Assembly: GCF_006345805.1 (NCBI RefSeq)
Contig: NC_042997.1
Location: 105,400,001-105,464,000 of the forward strand
Source: Octopus sinensis
Taxonomy: Eukaryota
Direction of reading: 5' to 3'
Length of the DNA: 64,000 bases
The notes beneath the pieces are model-generated. The model searched no databases and was not told the DNA's origin. It was given only the letters and a program-made list of their open reading frames with translations. Positions 51,166 through 64,000 of the stretch are shown here, in pieces. Position 1 is the stretch's first letter; each line of letters begins with the position of its first letter. The translations under genes were made by a program, and so were the position numbers.

Positions 51166-51430
51166 GTTTGTGTGTGTGTGTACGAAAATCGATGTTTATG
51201 TAGATACATGCTTTCTATATACAGGATTGCAAATGTAAGGACGTAGAGTAAACGCTCTCACACACACACACACACTAACGCACACATACACACAAACTTA
51301 CAATTGGACAAACGCACGCTCGCATGCAGAAACATGATAAAATCGATAACTACTCCGGTAGCTATCAATTCCTGAACATTTCATGTAGCTGTCATGTTGT
51401 AATACACACACACACATGTATATATATGTA

Positions 51431-51481
<51 letters not shown>

Positions 51482-51660
51482 TATATAATATACACACACA
51501 CATATATATACATACATATATATATATATTTATATATATGTAAAAAGAGAGAGATGCAAACATATACACATATATATATACATATATATATACATACATA
51601 TATACATACATATATACATACATATGCATACATGTGTATACGCATGTATATACACACACA

Positions 51661-51701
<41 letters not shown>

Positions 51702-52590
51702 TCGTGTATGTGTGTGTGTGTGTGTATGTGGGTGCGTGTGTGTGTGAGTGTGTGTGAAATGAAAAGCAACACGACTGCGTATACTCAACCAATTGATTTC
51801 ATGGTATTACAGTCATCATTTACATGTGCTTATAGATGTCCCTTACCTCTCCATTACTATTCATTGGTTTCTTTTATCCTTTTTATTCCATCTAAATGGC
51901 AGGTTTCGCTGGATCACTAACTCAGGTCATGCAACGATGCACGCCATCTTGCGGCTGTTATTGAAAGAACGTAACCGTCTTATCTGAAGTATCGCGAATG
52001 TGATCAGGCACGACGTCTTTTTATTCATCTATTATTCTGTCCCTTAAGAAAACCCACACGCATATGAAATGGTCGGCAAACGAGCAAATCATTTGCATTG
52101 CCGTTATTTAATAGATTTTCTTTTTTCCTTTAAAAAAAATACTTATTAACTCTGGCATATCTTATCTAACAATAATCTGATATATTACACATAAACACAT
52201 ATACAATGAATACGGATATATTCTCGCACATGAATGTGCTTTGCTCCAAAGATATACGCATTGATAGAGGAAAAGAGAAATACACGTTAACTAAAGAGAG
52301 AAATTTACAATAATCATGTTTCATATGCTCTCATGGTTTTCTAGGTTCACAACCTAAATCACAACCTAAGGCCATGCGTTTAATTTTCGTTATTATCGGC
52401 AATAGAGCTGTCCATTGTGTAACAAATATGATGGCATACACGGACACACACTTTATAAACACATACAGACAGCGCCACCCCACATATATGTTTTTATCCG
52501 AGTGTTCATGTATACACAAACATACACACACACACACGCACACACATATATACATATATATATATATACTATATATACACATTTATAAAT

Positions 52591-52635
<45 letters not shown>

Positions 52636-52688
52636 GTAGTCATAACTATGCCCGAAGTCTAATGGCTGAAACAAGTAAAAGATAAAAG

Positions 52689-52753
<65 letters not shown>

Positions 52754-52799
52754 ATATATGTATGTATGTATTATCTATGTATGTATGTATGTATATCCT

Positions 52800-52962
52800 T
52801 CTTTGGATCGTTCCCTTTTCTTTTTTACTGTGCGACGAAGAGCTACGCTCGAAACATCGAAGACTCTCTATTTTTACCGAGCATCAAACTAATACTTTCC
52901 ATGTGCACGTTCTCCTATTGTTTGTTATTGTTATATTTAATGTTCGTTCATTCGATTTGACT
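52800..52962 (+). mobile_element. Short GAGC/GCTC hammerhead-family element, core damaged, ending in (TA)n
   Basis: gcgacga a gagc-tac-gctc gaaa cat at 52832-52857, followed by the family tail and (TA)n. Confidence 0.55.
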
Positions 52963-53112
52963 ATATATATATACATATTTATATTTTTGATGCATACAAA
53001 CGAAACTAAAAAAGCCCTTAATACATTTTATATATAGAGTAGAGTATATATCGTGTTGAGTGAAAAGTTTTGCAACATTATGATTAGTAATTTGTTTTGT
53101 TCAATAAATTAC

Positions 53113-53327
53113 AAGAGCAGCCTCACATTCGAAGTAGAGACCATCGTTTTGCCCCGTCTGAAGCCAACATTCTATTAGGTCTTTGATCTCACGCTGATAC
53201 CAGTTCATGTCCTTCGAAGCGCGGAACTCCTTAACTGGAGCTTCCACCTTCTCTTATTTGGAGGCTTCAGTGAAGGCTTCAGATAGTGCGACACAATGGT
53301 CTCTTCTTTGAATGGTAGGTTGTTCTT
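53113..53327. repeat. ~215 bp foldback (53 bp imperfect inverted arms)
   Basis: aagagcagcctcacattcgaagtagagaccatcg...tctgaagcc pairs with ggcttcaga...caatggtctcttctttgaatggtaggttgttctt. Confidence 0.65.
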
Positions 53328-53659
53328 GGAACCTGAAGAATAAAGCAAATAAGTTACCAGAATATTGCACAATGTTTACAACTGCATTTGAGAAAGGTCG
53401 AAGGGTAGATTAGTAAACTCAGTTTATTAGTATATGGTAGTTAGTTTTTATCGCTAGAAGCCGTTAGCTCGCGATACATAATTAACGAAGAGAGATTCTC
53501 TGACTTAGAGAAACATACTTAACTACATATGGCTCATGAATGTAGACCTGGAATGTTTCTTAGGTATACATTTTTATGAATCCAGGGCGGAAAATATGCG
53601 TAACTGTGAGAGAGCCTGACTGGATGATATATGTTTCTGTTCTTTTATGAACTTAAATC

Positions 53660-54450
53660 AGGTCATGGAGTATTTGCATAGGCGCTCAATCAACCAAGCC
53701 TTCATATTTCCTTAACGTAGTTATAAACTTCTCAGCATTGTGTCGAAGGGACTCTCAGATTTTCAGGTGAACAATAATTATACTGGCACGTCAATACACA
53801 GGGAGAGGAAAGCATATCAAGATCCTCTGGTGATCTTCATCACATTGGTGTGGTTAGCCAGACCATCAGAGAGACGCGGAAAGGAAGCAGGATTTGGCTG
53901 TGATGTGGATGGATCTAACTGATGCCTACAGTTCGATACCATACAAACTGGTTGAAACTGCACTAGAGGGACAGCATGAACGCCAAAAAGGAAAATAAAA
54001 TTTTACTACATCGATTGCAGATTAAAGGTTTAATTTGAGTAGTTAACATCTTACCAGCATCAACTAAAATAGGAATAATCGCCGAGTGCACCATGTTCCT
54101 CTTCGTGAGGGCATCAACACGTTGGTGAAGTCAGTAGAGCAGTGCTAGGGTACCCTGACAGGTGTAAATTTTCAATTATAGTGAAAATAATAATGCATGG
54201 AGCAACTTAATTCTCCAGGAACTAAAGAACTTTATGTCATGGTCTGAAGCCCGTGAATCCCTTGTGTATGATTGTGAAGAAAGGAATAGTCACAAAGTTC
54301 ATCTTTAGGGTAGAACATCAGAACGTGTCTGTCCCGGAAAAATTAGCAAAGAATCTCAAGAATTTTTTTCAAATAAAATCTGAACGACGCCGACTCAATC
54401 AAGACGACCAAAACTGTTCTGGAGGTCTGGTTCAAAGATGCAGATAGCTG
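53660..54450 (+). mobile_element. Decayed R2-group (Hero/NeSL-like) LINE RT fragment
   Basis: SGDLHHIGVVSQTIRETR / QDLAVMWMDLTDAYSSIPYKLVETAL / GIIAECT / NTLVKSVEQC / MIVKKGIVTKFIF; several frameshifts. Confidence 0.7.
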
Positions 54451-55144
54451 GGATTCACTAACATTGAAGTAGTAGGTATTCGAACATGGGATTATTCCAA
54501 GAAACCTCAAGCATAGGCTCATATAGGAAGTCCTATATATTCCAAATGGATCATAATGGAATCCTTGTATTGTCTTTTTATGTGTTGTAATTTCAATTTT
54601 GTTTGAGAAATGAAACAATTGCAGGTAAATATGTTAATTAATTAAATAAATTAATTTGTATCTATTAGATCTCTCCGTTTTCGAACTCGATAATAATTTT
54701 TGATATTTTACGTTATTTTATATATCTCTTCAATATATAATATATTAAACCAGTGTATCATGGATAAAAATATCCCTAAAAGAAGTTTAAATATCCTCAT
54801 TGTGACTATGTGTATATATATGTATGTATACAGCGCATTCCACTCTCCTTCTCTCTTTGTCTCTCTCTCCCTCTCTCCCCCTCTCTCTCTCATACACACA
54901 CACACTTTTATCTGAGAAAGGCTTTGTTTTCCATTTGCTCCTTTCCACCTTTGATTTTTAGAAGCTCATTTTGTTTCCCTTTGAGTCAAATGCCATTCCA
55001 TCCTCATCCAGAGCACTACATTGAAAATAACAATAGATGTCACAGTAACAAATTATACTGGACGGATATGACAACCGACAACTACGCTTGCACCAATGTA
55101 GGGTGTGATGGAAAGTTTTAACATACAGGTACACACTAAAAAAC

Positions 55145-55480
55145 GTGTATATATGGTTCAGTGGTTAGAGCGTCGAGCTTATGATCGGGAAGTTGTGAGC
55201 TCGAATCCCAGACTGGGCTGCGCGTTGTGTTCTTGAGCAAGACACTTTATTTCACGTTGCTCCAGTTCCCTCAGCTATAGAAATGAGTTGCGACGTCACA
55301 GGTGCCAAGCTGTATCGGCCATTGCCTTTCCCTTGGAAAACACTGGTGGCGTGGAGAGGGGAGGCCGGTATGCATGGGCAACTGCTGGTCTTCCATAAAC
55401 AACCAACCTTGCCCGGACTTGTGCCTGGGAGGGTAATTTTCTAGGTGCAATCCCATGGTCAGTCATGAACGAAGGGGATC
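55145..55480 (+). mobile_element. SINE family C
   Basis: TGGTTCAGTGG A box, GCTCGAATCC B box, ttcttgagcaagacactttatttcacgttgctccag shared with 30457. Confidence 0.85.
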
Positions 55481-55494
55481 TCAGAGTGATATAT

Positions 55495-55640
55495 ATAGGG
55501 AAAGTTTACGAAAAAGAAACAAAAGAGGAAGACAGGTGGTGTACAAAACAAAACAAACAGATATATTAGTATAACGCTCAGGAACAGAAAAAGTCTTTTA
55601 CACAGAAAAAATACAAGGAGAGAAACAAGTAGAGAAAAAA
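55495..55640 (-). mobile_element. Copy of the 44790 family with the hammerhead core deleted
   Basis: Minus strand ...aaaagactttttctgttcctgagcgttatactaata...tttcgtaaactttcccctatata. Confidence 0.65.
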
Positions 55641-55702
55641 AAAATGTGTGTAGTGGCTAACGATCTATCATGGCGTATATATATACAGAGGAAGACAGAG
55701 AG

Positions 55703-55882
55703 TGTTATGTCGCACGTACTACAAAGTGGCTGTGTGAGCTACTCAATCCTCGTCACCACTGTTATGTCGCACGTTCGGATGACTTCTACTCAACTCGACT
55801 CCTACTCAACTCCTGACGTCTAGGCTTCTCCCTCTATATCTAAGTATTGGGCTAGCCTACTTCATCGTCTGCGGGCGTCCAC

Positions 55883-55886
<4 letters not shown>
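55703..55886. mobile_element. Possible short solo-LTR-like insert in a (GA)n tract
   Basis: TGTT...AACA termini, GAGAG on both flanks, first 14 bp repeated at 55760. The flank match is weak evidence inside a GA repeat. Confidence 0.35.
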
Positions 55887-55932
<46 letters not shown>

Positions 55933-56356
55933 GAAGCAAACGGATTGCTTATATGTTTATGTATTTTATTATATGTGCATATACCTACTGTACACAACCA
56001 TGTGTAGGGGAAGATTAAATGGGAGAGAGATAACAATATATAAAGAAAGAGAAACCACGATTTCGTTTCAATGCTTCGATGTATACGTTTCATGTACGCT
56101 TACATTTCAGTCAGTATCAAAACAAAGCAGTAAGTTTAAATCGACAGGCTGACAGGCAAACAAACTGGGAAAGGTAAAATATTTACAAACACAAACACAG
56201 AGACACATCCGCATAACTCTGCGAGTGTTTATGTGCGTATGTGTGAGTGTGTGCGTGTGTACAGAAACAGAGAGACAGCCAGATAGACAGATAGACAGAC
56301 TGACTGACAGACACAAACAGACTGACATAGATATGCTTATATATATATATATATAC

Positions 56357-56428
<72 letters not shown>

Positions 56429-56441
56429 CGTATATATATAC

Positions 56442-56473
<32 letters not shown>

Positions 56474-56484
56474 GTATATGTATA

Positions 56485-56551
<67 letters not shown>

Positions 56552-57218
56552 TATGTGTGTGTGTGTGTGGTGTGTGTGTGTGTGTACAGGAAGAAACAAA
56601 GAGTGTATGTGTGACAAAGAGAGTGAGAACGATTTAGAGAGATAGTTTCATAGATACAGTATATTTGTGTGTCTGCATGAATGTATGTATATAGAGAGGG
56701 GGAAGAGAGAGAGAAAAAATAAAGAAAAGTGCTTCTACTAGATAAATAGATAGATAAATAGATAGATAGAATAATGAAAAGAAGAAAATCGAAGAGCTAT
56801 TAATTATTAAATACCTGTCATTTTAGAATGCAATTAATCTAAGTGAAATCAGTTTAGTTACGTTCCTGACTGAGAATTCGTCAGCAACCGTAACATCGAA
56901 TTTCTGCTTAAAGCTTTTTAATAAATAAACACTTTCCATTGTCTTCTGTTTTATCTCAGGAGATTTATTTCGAAATGAGTGAAATGAGAAATTAACTGCA
57001 AAGGTTAATTAAAGCTAATTGTAAATTAAGATCAAGAGTAGAGAGTGTTTGAGAGAGAATAAGAGAAACAAAAGAGTGAAAGAGTAACATACAAGAAATA
57101 AAGGAAAGATAACCAGACTGACAAACAGGAATCAGCGATGGACTTTTGAGAGGAGGGAAAAGATAATATGCATCAAAACAGCCAGTATATTGTTGCTACT
57201 GTTCGTATTATTATTCAC

Positions 57219-57844
<626 letters not shown>

Positions 57845-57871
57845 TATTATTATTATTATTATTATTATTAT

Positions 57872-59742
57872 CAGTAGTTTTATTTTTATAGCGTGCTTTC
57901 ACTTCACTACCGGGCGCAGCTCTGTGTGCCTTGGGTATGTGCTGTGATTTGTTGTGATGCTCTGATGGTTATTGTATGGAAAGTGTTCTGCGTAGGATGT
58001 GTGCAGTGGCTAGTAGTGCAATTTTCTGTATGTTATATGTGTTTGTAAGTCCTGGTGTTTTTGTTATGTATTTGTCTGAATATTTTTTTATCATGCCTAA
58101 TGCACCTACTATGATAGGAATTGTTTCTGTTTTCAGATTCCACATTCTAGTTACCTCTATTTCCAGGTCTTTGTATTTTGAGAGTTTCTCTATTTCTTTT
58201 AGAGACACGTTGTCATCTGCCGGTATTGATACATCAATTAGAAAGCATTTTTTTTCTTCATGATCTCTGACAACTATATCTGGTCTGTTGGCCTTAATTT
58301 CTCTATCTGTGTGTATCGGCATATCCCAGAGTATGGTTGCTTTCTCGTTTTCTGTGACCTTTTCTGGTGTGTGCCTATACCATCTTTTTTCTGTTGTTAT
58401 TCCATAATGTTGGCATAGCTTCCAATGTATGTAGGTTCCAACTCTGTCATGTCTGTGAATATATTCCTTCTTAGCCAGGACTGGGCAGCTAGAGATAATA
58501 TGATTTATTGTTTCTTGTCCATCTCCACATATTCTGCAGTTACTTGTAATATTTCTTTTCATTACATGTTTTTGGTAATTTCTGGTGGGGAGGCTTTGGT
58601 CTTCTGCTGCAATTAAAAATCCCTCTGTTTCTGCTTTGAGTCCTGAGCTTCTCAACCATTGCTGGGATTTTTCTTTGTCTATTTCTTTTGCGTTTAGTTT
58701 AGTGCAGTATTTACCATGAAGGGGCTTTTCTTGCCATCGTTTTATCATGGTTCGTTGCTGTTCTATTTTTAGTTTGGATTTCATTTATTTTATAGCCTTT
58801 GTTGTTTCTTCATCATCTTCGTCTTCTTCTTCGTGTTTATTAGGTGGTATGATTTCTTGTTTGTATTTGTCAGCTTCCTTAAATACTGAGAACAGTTTTT
58901 TGTTTTGCTCGTGTTTTGCTGCTATCTGGATCAGTTTTCCTTCCTTCTGAAGTAGGTATTTTTGCAGTCCTATGGTGGTTATTTTATAGTAATTTTCCAG
59001 CTGTATAAGGCCTCTACCACCTTCTATACGTTGTATATATAGTCTTTCTATGTCAGATTTTGTGTGATGCATCCTAGATCCTGTCAGTATTTTTCTTGTT
59101 TTCCTATCTATTTTGGACAGTTCATTTCGTGTCCAGTTAAGTATATTGTAGCTGTAACTTATAACTGGGACAGCTAAAGTGTTGATACCTATTATCTTGT
59201 TTTTAGCATTCAGCTCTGTTTTTAGTATTGATCTAACTCGTCTATAATATTCTTTTTTTATTTTCTCTTTCATTTGTGTGTGTTGTGTCTTATCTAGTTC
59301 ATGGATTCCTAAGTATTTGTAAGTTTGGCTTTGGTCTAATTCTTTTATTTCATTGGTTTTATCTAGTGTGATGTTGTTACTCTTAACTAGTTTTCCTCTT
59401 TTCTTGGTTACTTTGGCGCATTTTTCTAATCCAAATTTCATATCTATTTCTTTGGTAAATCCATGAACTGTCTTTAATAGTGTTTCCAGCTGTTTGTCAT
59501 TTGCAGCGTATAGTTTTAGGTCATCCATATATAAAAGGTGGCTGATCGTTTTGCCGTAACATTTATATCCGCATCCAGTTCTATTTAGATAGAGGTGACA
59601 GTGCCAAGCAGAAAAGGGGTGGAGAGAGCGTGTCTCCCTGGAATATTCCTCTTCTAATGGGGATGTCTTTGGTTTTCATGAGTCCCTCTTTTGTTTGGAG
59701 GTGTAGGACTGTTTGCCATTTATTCATAGAGTGCTCTATGAA

Positions 59743-59744
<2 letters not shown>
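57872..59744 (-). mobile_element. R4/Dong LINE copy B: 5'-truncated RT C-half, CCHC and RLE, with one nonsense codon and one frameshift
   Basis: GIFQGDTLSP, HLLYMDDLKLY, CRICGDGQETINHIISSC, RPDIVV..FLIDVSIP. ORFs 58785-59528 and 57969-58784 are in one frame, separated by a single TAA at 58785-58787. Frameshift near 59585. (TAA)n flanks. Confidence 0.92.
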
Positions 59745-59819
<75 letters not shown>

Positions 59820-59891
59820 TATTAATATTATTATTATTAATATTATTATTATTATTATTATTCCACCGAGTTCGACTTTGCCTTTCATCCT

Positions 59892-61300
59892 TACGGATAT
59901 TGAAACTGTAAGTCACGACCGGTATAGCTAAAGTATTGATCGCTCCTATCCTGTTTCTTGCATTCAGCTCTGTCTTGAGTATTGCCCTTACCCTACGATA
60001 ACGTTCTTTTCTGATCTTTTCCCTCATCATCGAATGTTTGATTCCATCACCTTCAAATATCCCTAGTTATTTGTAGCTCTCCGCTGGTTCTAACTCCTGT
60101 ATGACATCCTGTTGGTCATTTTCCCTTTGATAAAGGTAGCTTTTGCACGTTTCTCGAGGCCAAATTACATCCTGGTGTGATCATTGAACTGTTTCACAAT
60201 TACTAGTAAGCCCCGTAGTCGTTGGTCATTTTTGCAAAGAGCTTTAAATCATTCATGTAAAATACACGATTTATATTTTATCAAACATTTTATAATCGTA
60301 TTTTACATCATCGAGCAATTTCGAGAGAGGTATTAAGGCTAGACAAAAGAGGAGTGGTGATAGAGAGTCACCCTGGAAATTCTTACACCTCCAGCATTGA
60401 GACCTTCATTGTCACTGTTCAAAGTCAGTGTGGTTCTCCATGATGTCATACTTACAAATAAGAAGTTTCGCAGTGTAAGTGTTATTTTATAAATTTCCAG
60501 ACATTTTTAATCCAGCTATGTGGTAGACTATCAAAAGCTTTTTTATAGTCCATCAAGACTGTCGACACGTTCTTGTGTTGTTTGTGACAATCTTCCAAGA
60601 TCATCTTATTGATGAGTAGCTGATTTTACTACCATAGGACCCACGTTTACATCCTTTTTTTGCTCATTATATCCTCAAGTGCAAGGCGGATTTTACCAAT
60701 TACTTTCAGGTTTTGGTTAGAGTTACGAATTTTTGGGAGAGTGTTACGTTCCTTCATACTGGTTTCTTTAATTTTCAGCATTGGCTTTTTATATCACCCA
60801 GTTCAGTTGGATCAATTTCTGCGTGAATTTCTTTATCCATTTGATTTTCTTCTGCCTTGGTGCTTATGGCTACTTCACAGAGTATTTCTCTTATCAGTTA
60901 CATTGACTCTTTCTATCATTACTGCATTTCCACCAGACCTGGGTCAGTCTGTAATTATTTCCTACCTTCTTTTAGTTGTAACTTCGTTCTTTTATCTCTA
61001 ACTGATTGTTTAATTTGGCCAATCTCTAATTCAGTTAGTAATTTCTTTTTTATAAAGTCTCTTATGATGTTGGTACGTTTGTTACTATCTATGTAGGGTC
61101 TTACTTCAAGGTGATTTTCTCTCCAGTTGAAGTAGGTTTGTTCAGTATTAGATTTATTTCTGGAGAAATACATAGCACGATAGAAGGCCTTAAGAACTTA
61201 TTGTCTCCCCTTGACTATTTTTCACTTTTTCTTTTGTTATTTGATGACGAGCGTGGTTAGCCATCTGTTAGAATATTACGGTTGTGGAATACTTACAGCT
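59892..61300 (-). mobile_element. Older R4/Dong LINE copy C: N-terminal region plus decayed RT, internally deleted
   Basis: AFYRAMYFSRNKSNTEQTYFNWRE...KKLLTELEIGQIK N-terminus; RERYRRVRAILKTELNARNRIGAINTLAIPVVTYSF. Confidence 0.8.
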
Positions 61301-62159
61301 CCTGTGTTTCGGGAAGATTTGAACCTGTAGCTGACTTTTTGCATGCAGTCTGGTTCCTCATTGGGATGCGCGTCCCTTGTTGAAACGGGTGGCGGAAGAT
61401 CGGTGTGTATTTTGCTTTATTATCACTGAGGCATGACGAGCTTGGAGGTTGACATTAAGGTATGACATTAAGGATATGTCTGCTTAGCGTTAAACCTTCT
61501 GAAACAACACCGCCTCCCAGTTCTCCGATTGAAAACATTGTTCGTAACGTAGCTTCTTAAAGCTATCAGATATGTATTCGTCTGTTTTTTTTGTTTTGTT
61601 TTTTTTGAAAGATTTATCTACGGACATAGTTTTTTTGCGGTACTTTTAAACTTATGAATTGTTAATTCTGTCTGTATTAGTTCGAAGAAAATTGTTTTGT
61701 TATCGTTTTACTTCGTTTGTGGACGTACTTTCATATGCATGTATGTGTGTCCTGTAAATTTCACGTATTTGTGTAAACATTAGGATGTATGTGTAATCCT
61801 ATGAGTATTAATATATATATATGACTGTACAGACATTCGAGTGCATGCGTAATTAATTAATTTACGTACTTACTGTTTTGTTCCACTTGTATTTTATGAT
61901 TTGTAAACTTTCCGATCTTGATTTCACACTTTTCTTTCGCACATGTTTCACTAGGACATCGTACATGGGAGAAACTGTGCTTTATATGGCAATAAAATTT
62001 CGTTTTTTTTGTGATTACTTTCGTTAAACGGCCGCTTCCTTCAAGTCATCCATAGGTCCTTTTTTCCTATTCCACCGATGTTATTAGATTAGTTTTGTTT
62101 CGTACGGAGAGCCCGATGTAGCACTTCATGTTGTTATTCAGCGCGGAGCTAATTTATTA

Positions 62160-62420
62160 TTCAAACCCTCAAGAATCCATCTCAACACATGCGTATGATA
62201 CTCTGCCACTAATTCTGCTCATGATCAGAGATGTACATATCGTTAGCCACCAAGGGACATACTCAAATTGTTATGGTGAAACAACGGACAAGCAACTCTG
62301 AGGTATTGAGCAGAATATTTGTTGTAGCCAATCTTTTAGAACATAACAAAAAATGTACATGTTAAAACTTCCAATCAGTTATGATCAAAAGCAATGATAA
62401 CCAGTGCCTGGTTCTATATC
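62160..62420 (-). mobile_element. 5' half of the 555 bp element (diverged)
   Basis: Reverse complement of taactgattggaagt..atgtaca..gctacagcaaatattctgctcaatacc..gtccctt.gtggct.acgatatg. Confidence 0.75.
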
Positions 62421-63200
62421 ATTGTTACCTTGATGGTCAGGTGCGATCGCCGTTTGTCAGAATCACTTTCCCACTACTCATCTCTTTGATAGGGCCGTAA
62501 TCCTGGATGAAGCATAAGCCGTTGAAGTATCCTGGCACCTAGAGTGTCATTAAAAGCTCCCAGCCCAATGCCAGTCGACTAATGTAATCGGTGATGAGTA
62601 AGAGCGATGACGCATTTGGGGAGATCCAAGGCATCGCTGAAAATGAACTAACTAATCTAATCCGGAGGACTGTCGAGTCGAAGCCAATGCATAAATTCCA
62701 ACAATCTCTGGACTGGCAGTGCTGCTGGACAGCACAATCAATATGAAATAAGCTCTAAATGTAAGGAAGTGCTGTCATTCGACTGAAGATTTTTCATGGT
62801 TGCAGACTGATACAAGAGAAAACAAAAGAGGAAAAAGTACATCCTTCCTCATTTATTAGTGAATTATTCATCACTGATCCGGTTAACACGTTATGCTCAC
62901 TTCTCATCCGTATTACACTTATCACAAATATATTTGCTATGACATGGGACAGTGATCGGTCAAAGATTCTGCTTAGACTATAAAAGCCATCCACACTGCT
63001 CAGCACATCTTGTAGATTCGGAACGAAACCTAATTACCTCATATGCTTTATTATTTTTCCTCATATAATTCCTTTAACATGTTGCTTTAAAAAGAAAACC
63101 CATAAAAAAACAAGGATATGTATGTTGTGGGTGTTATTATCAACTGGGCTTTGTACATAACACAGAACATAATTAACTTTCTTTTGACGGGGTGACAATA

Positions 63201-63400
63201 TACAAGAGAATGCTGAAAAGTTCCTGTCTTTGGGTCAAAGAAAATACAAGACGATAAATTATGAGTTTATTCAACATATTCACCTCTCAGACCCACACAA
63301 ATATCGCAGCAGTCCTTCAGTTTTTCTAAGCCCTATGAAAGAATTCGGAAGGTTAGGCCTTCAACAAGGCCTTTTGCAATACCCTTAAAGCTAAGATTTG
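63201..63400 (-). mobile_element. Mariner-derived MITE
   Basis: ta-caagagaatgctgaaaagttcctg terminus; body homologous to 42462-42620. Confidence 0.7.
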
Positions 63401-63820
63401 AAATGCCCCCTTACCATTGAATCTCAGTTAATTATCCGGTATTAATATATCGTTTAATGAGGACTGTTGTTTGGTAAAATCGTTAGAGAATGAAACACCG
63501 CGGACTGCTCTGACTTGCGCCGCTCCGGTTCGATAAAGATGTACCAGTCATGTACGTGGTTCGATATAATCGTTTGTTCACTTCTACCGAAGTTCAAGCC
63601 TTGCGTCTATGCTAGAAGCAATATATCGATTTGTCCTGCCATCCGATGAGAGCTAATATCGACCATAAAATGTAAAAGAAATAAATTGTATATTTTATTA
63701 CTGTATTTGTTTTGGCGAGATATATAAAACGTGCACTCTTTGTCCTTGTGTTCAACTATGCATATGCCGAAATATAAACCTCACTATATAATTCTCTCAC
63801 CTCCTTCATTCGTTCTAAGA

Positions 63821-63863
<43 letters not shown>

Positions 63864-64000
63864 TGTGTGTGTGTATGCGCGTGTGTGCGCGCCGCGGAGA
63901 AGTGGGAGAGGAAGCCAGGAATGAGGACAGAATTAGATGGCATGAGAACAAAGAAATCAAAATATGTTAATCGGCAAAGTTAAAAGTTTTCCCTAGAAAA

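Noticed and set aside
56855-56896. Minus-strand CTGACGA within a gttacg/cgtaac hairpin
   Set aside because: It has GAAC rather than GAAA and no room for stem I; better explained as a simple hairpin.
62430-62780. Relatively GC-rich unique segment as coding
   Set aside because: The frames I translated have stops and no recognisable motif; probably an old repeat I cannot classify.

Overview
AT-rich eukaryotic DNA that is intergenic or deep-intronic. I can support no intact host protein-coding gene. The window is packed with (TA)n, (CA)n, (TAA)n and (TATG)n microsatellites, which explain almost all ORF-track entries. It also holds three or more tRNA-headed SINE families, decayed Penelope-like elements (RT and GIY-YIG), R4/Dong-type, Hero-type and CR1-group LINE fragments, Tc1/mariner and hAT MITEs, and a Chapaev-like transposase relic. 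The SINE types and microsatellite density suggest a cephalopod (Octopus-like) genome; that is an inference. Two themes stand out. (1) Several unrelated short repeats carry minimal type I hammerhead ribozyme folds: near-intact at 31314-31363 (+), 35922-35984 (-) and 33151-33186 (-), and degenerate at 237-283, 1507-1553, 13738-13769, 31653-31701, 44817-44854 and 52832-52860. Several sit in ~340-560 bp direct-repeat units resembling Penelope pseudo-LTRs or non-LTR retrozymes, and one lies behind a tRNA-like head. (2) (TAA)n arrays act as insertion hubs: Dong/R4 copies and a ~555 bp non-coding element lie on the (AAT)n strand, while one SINE subtype lies on the opposite strand. All coordinates and folds were read by eye and are approximate.
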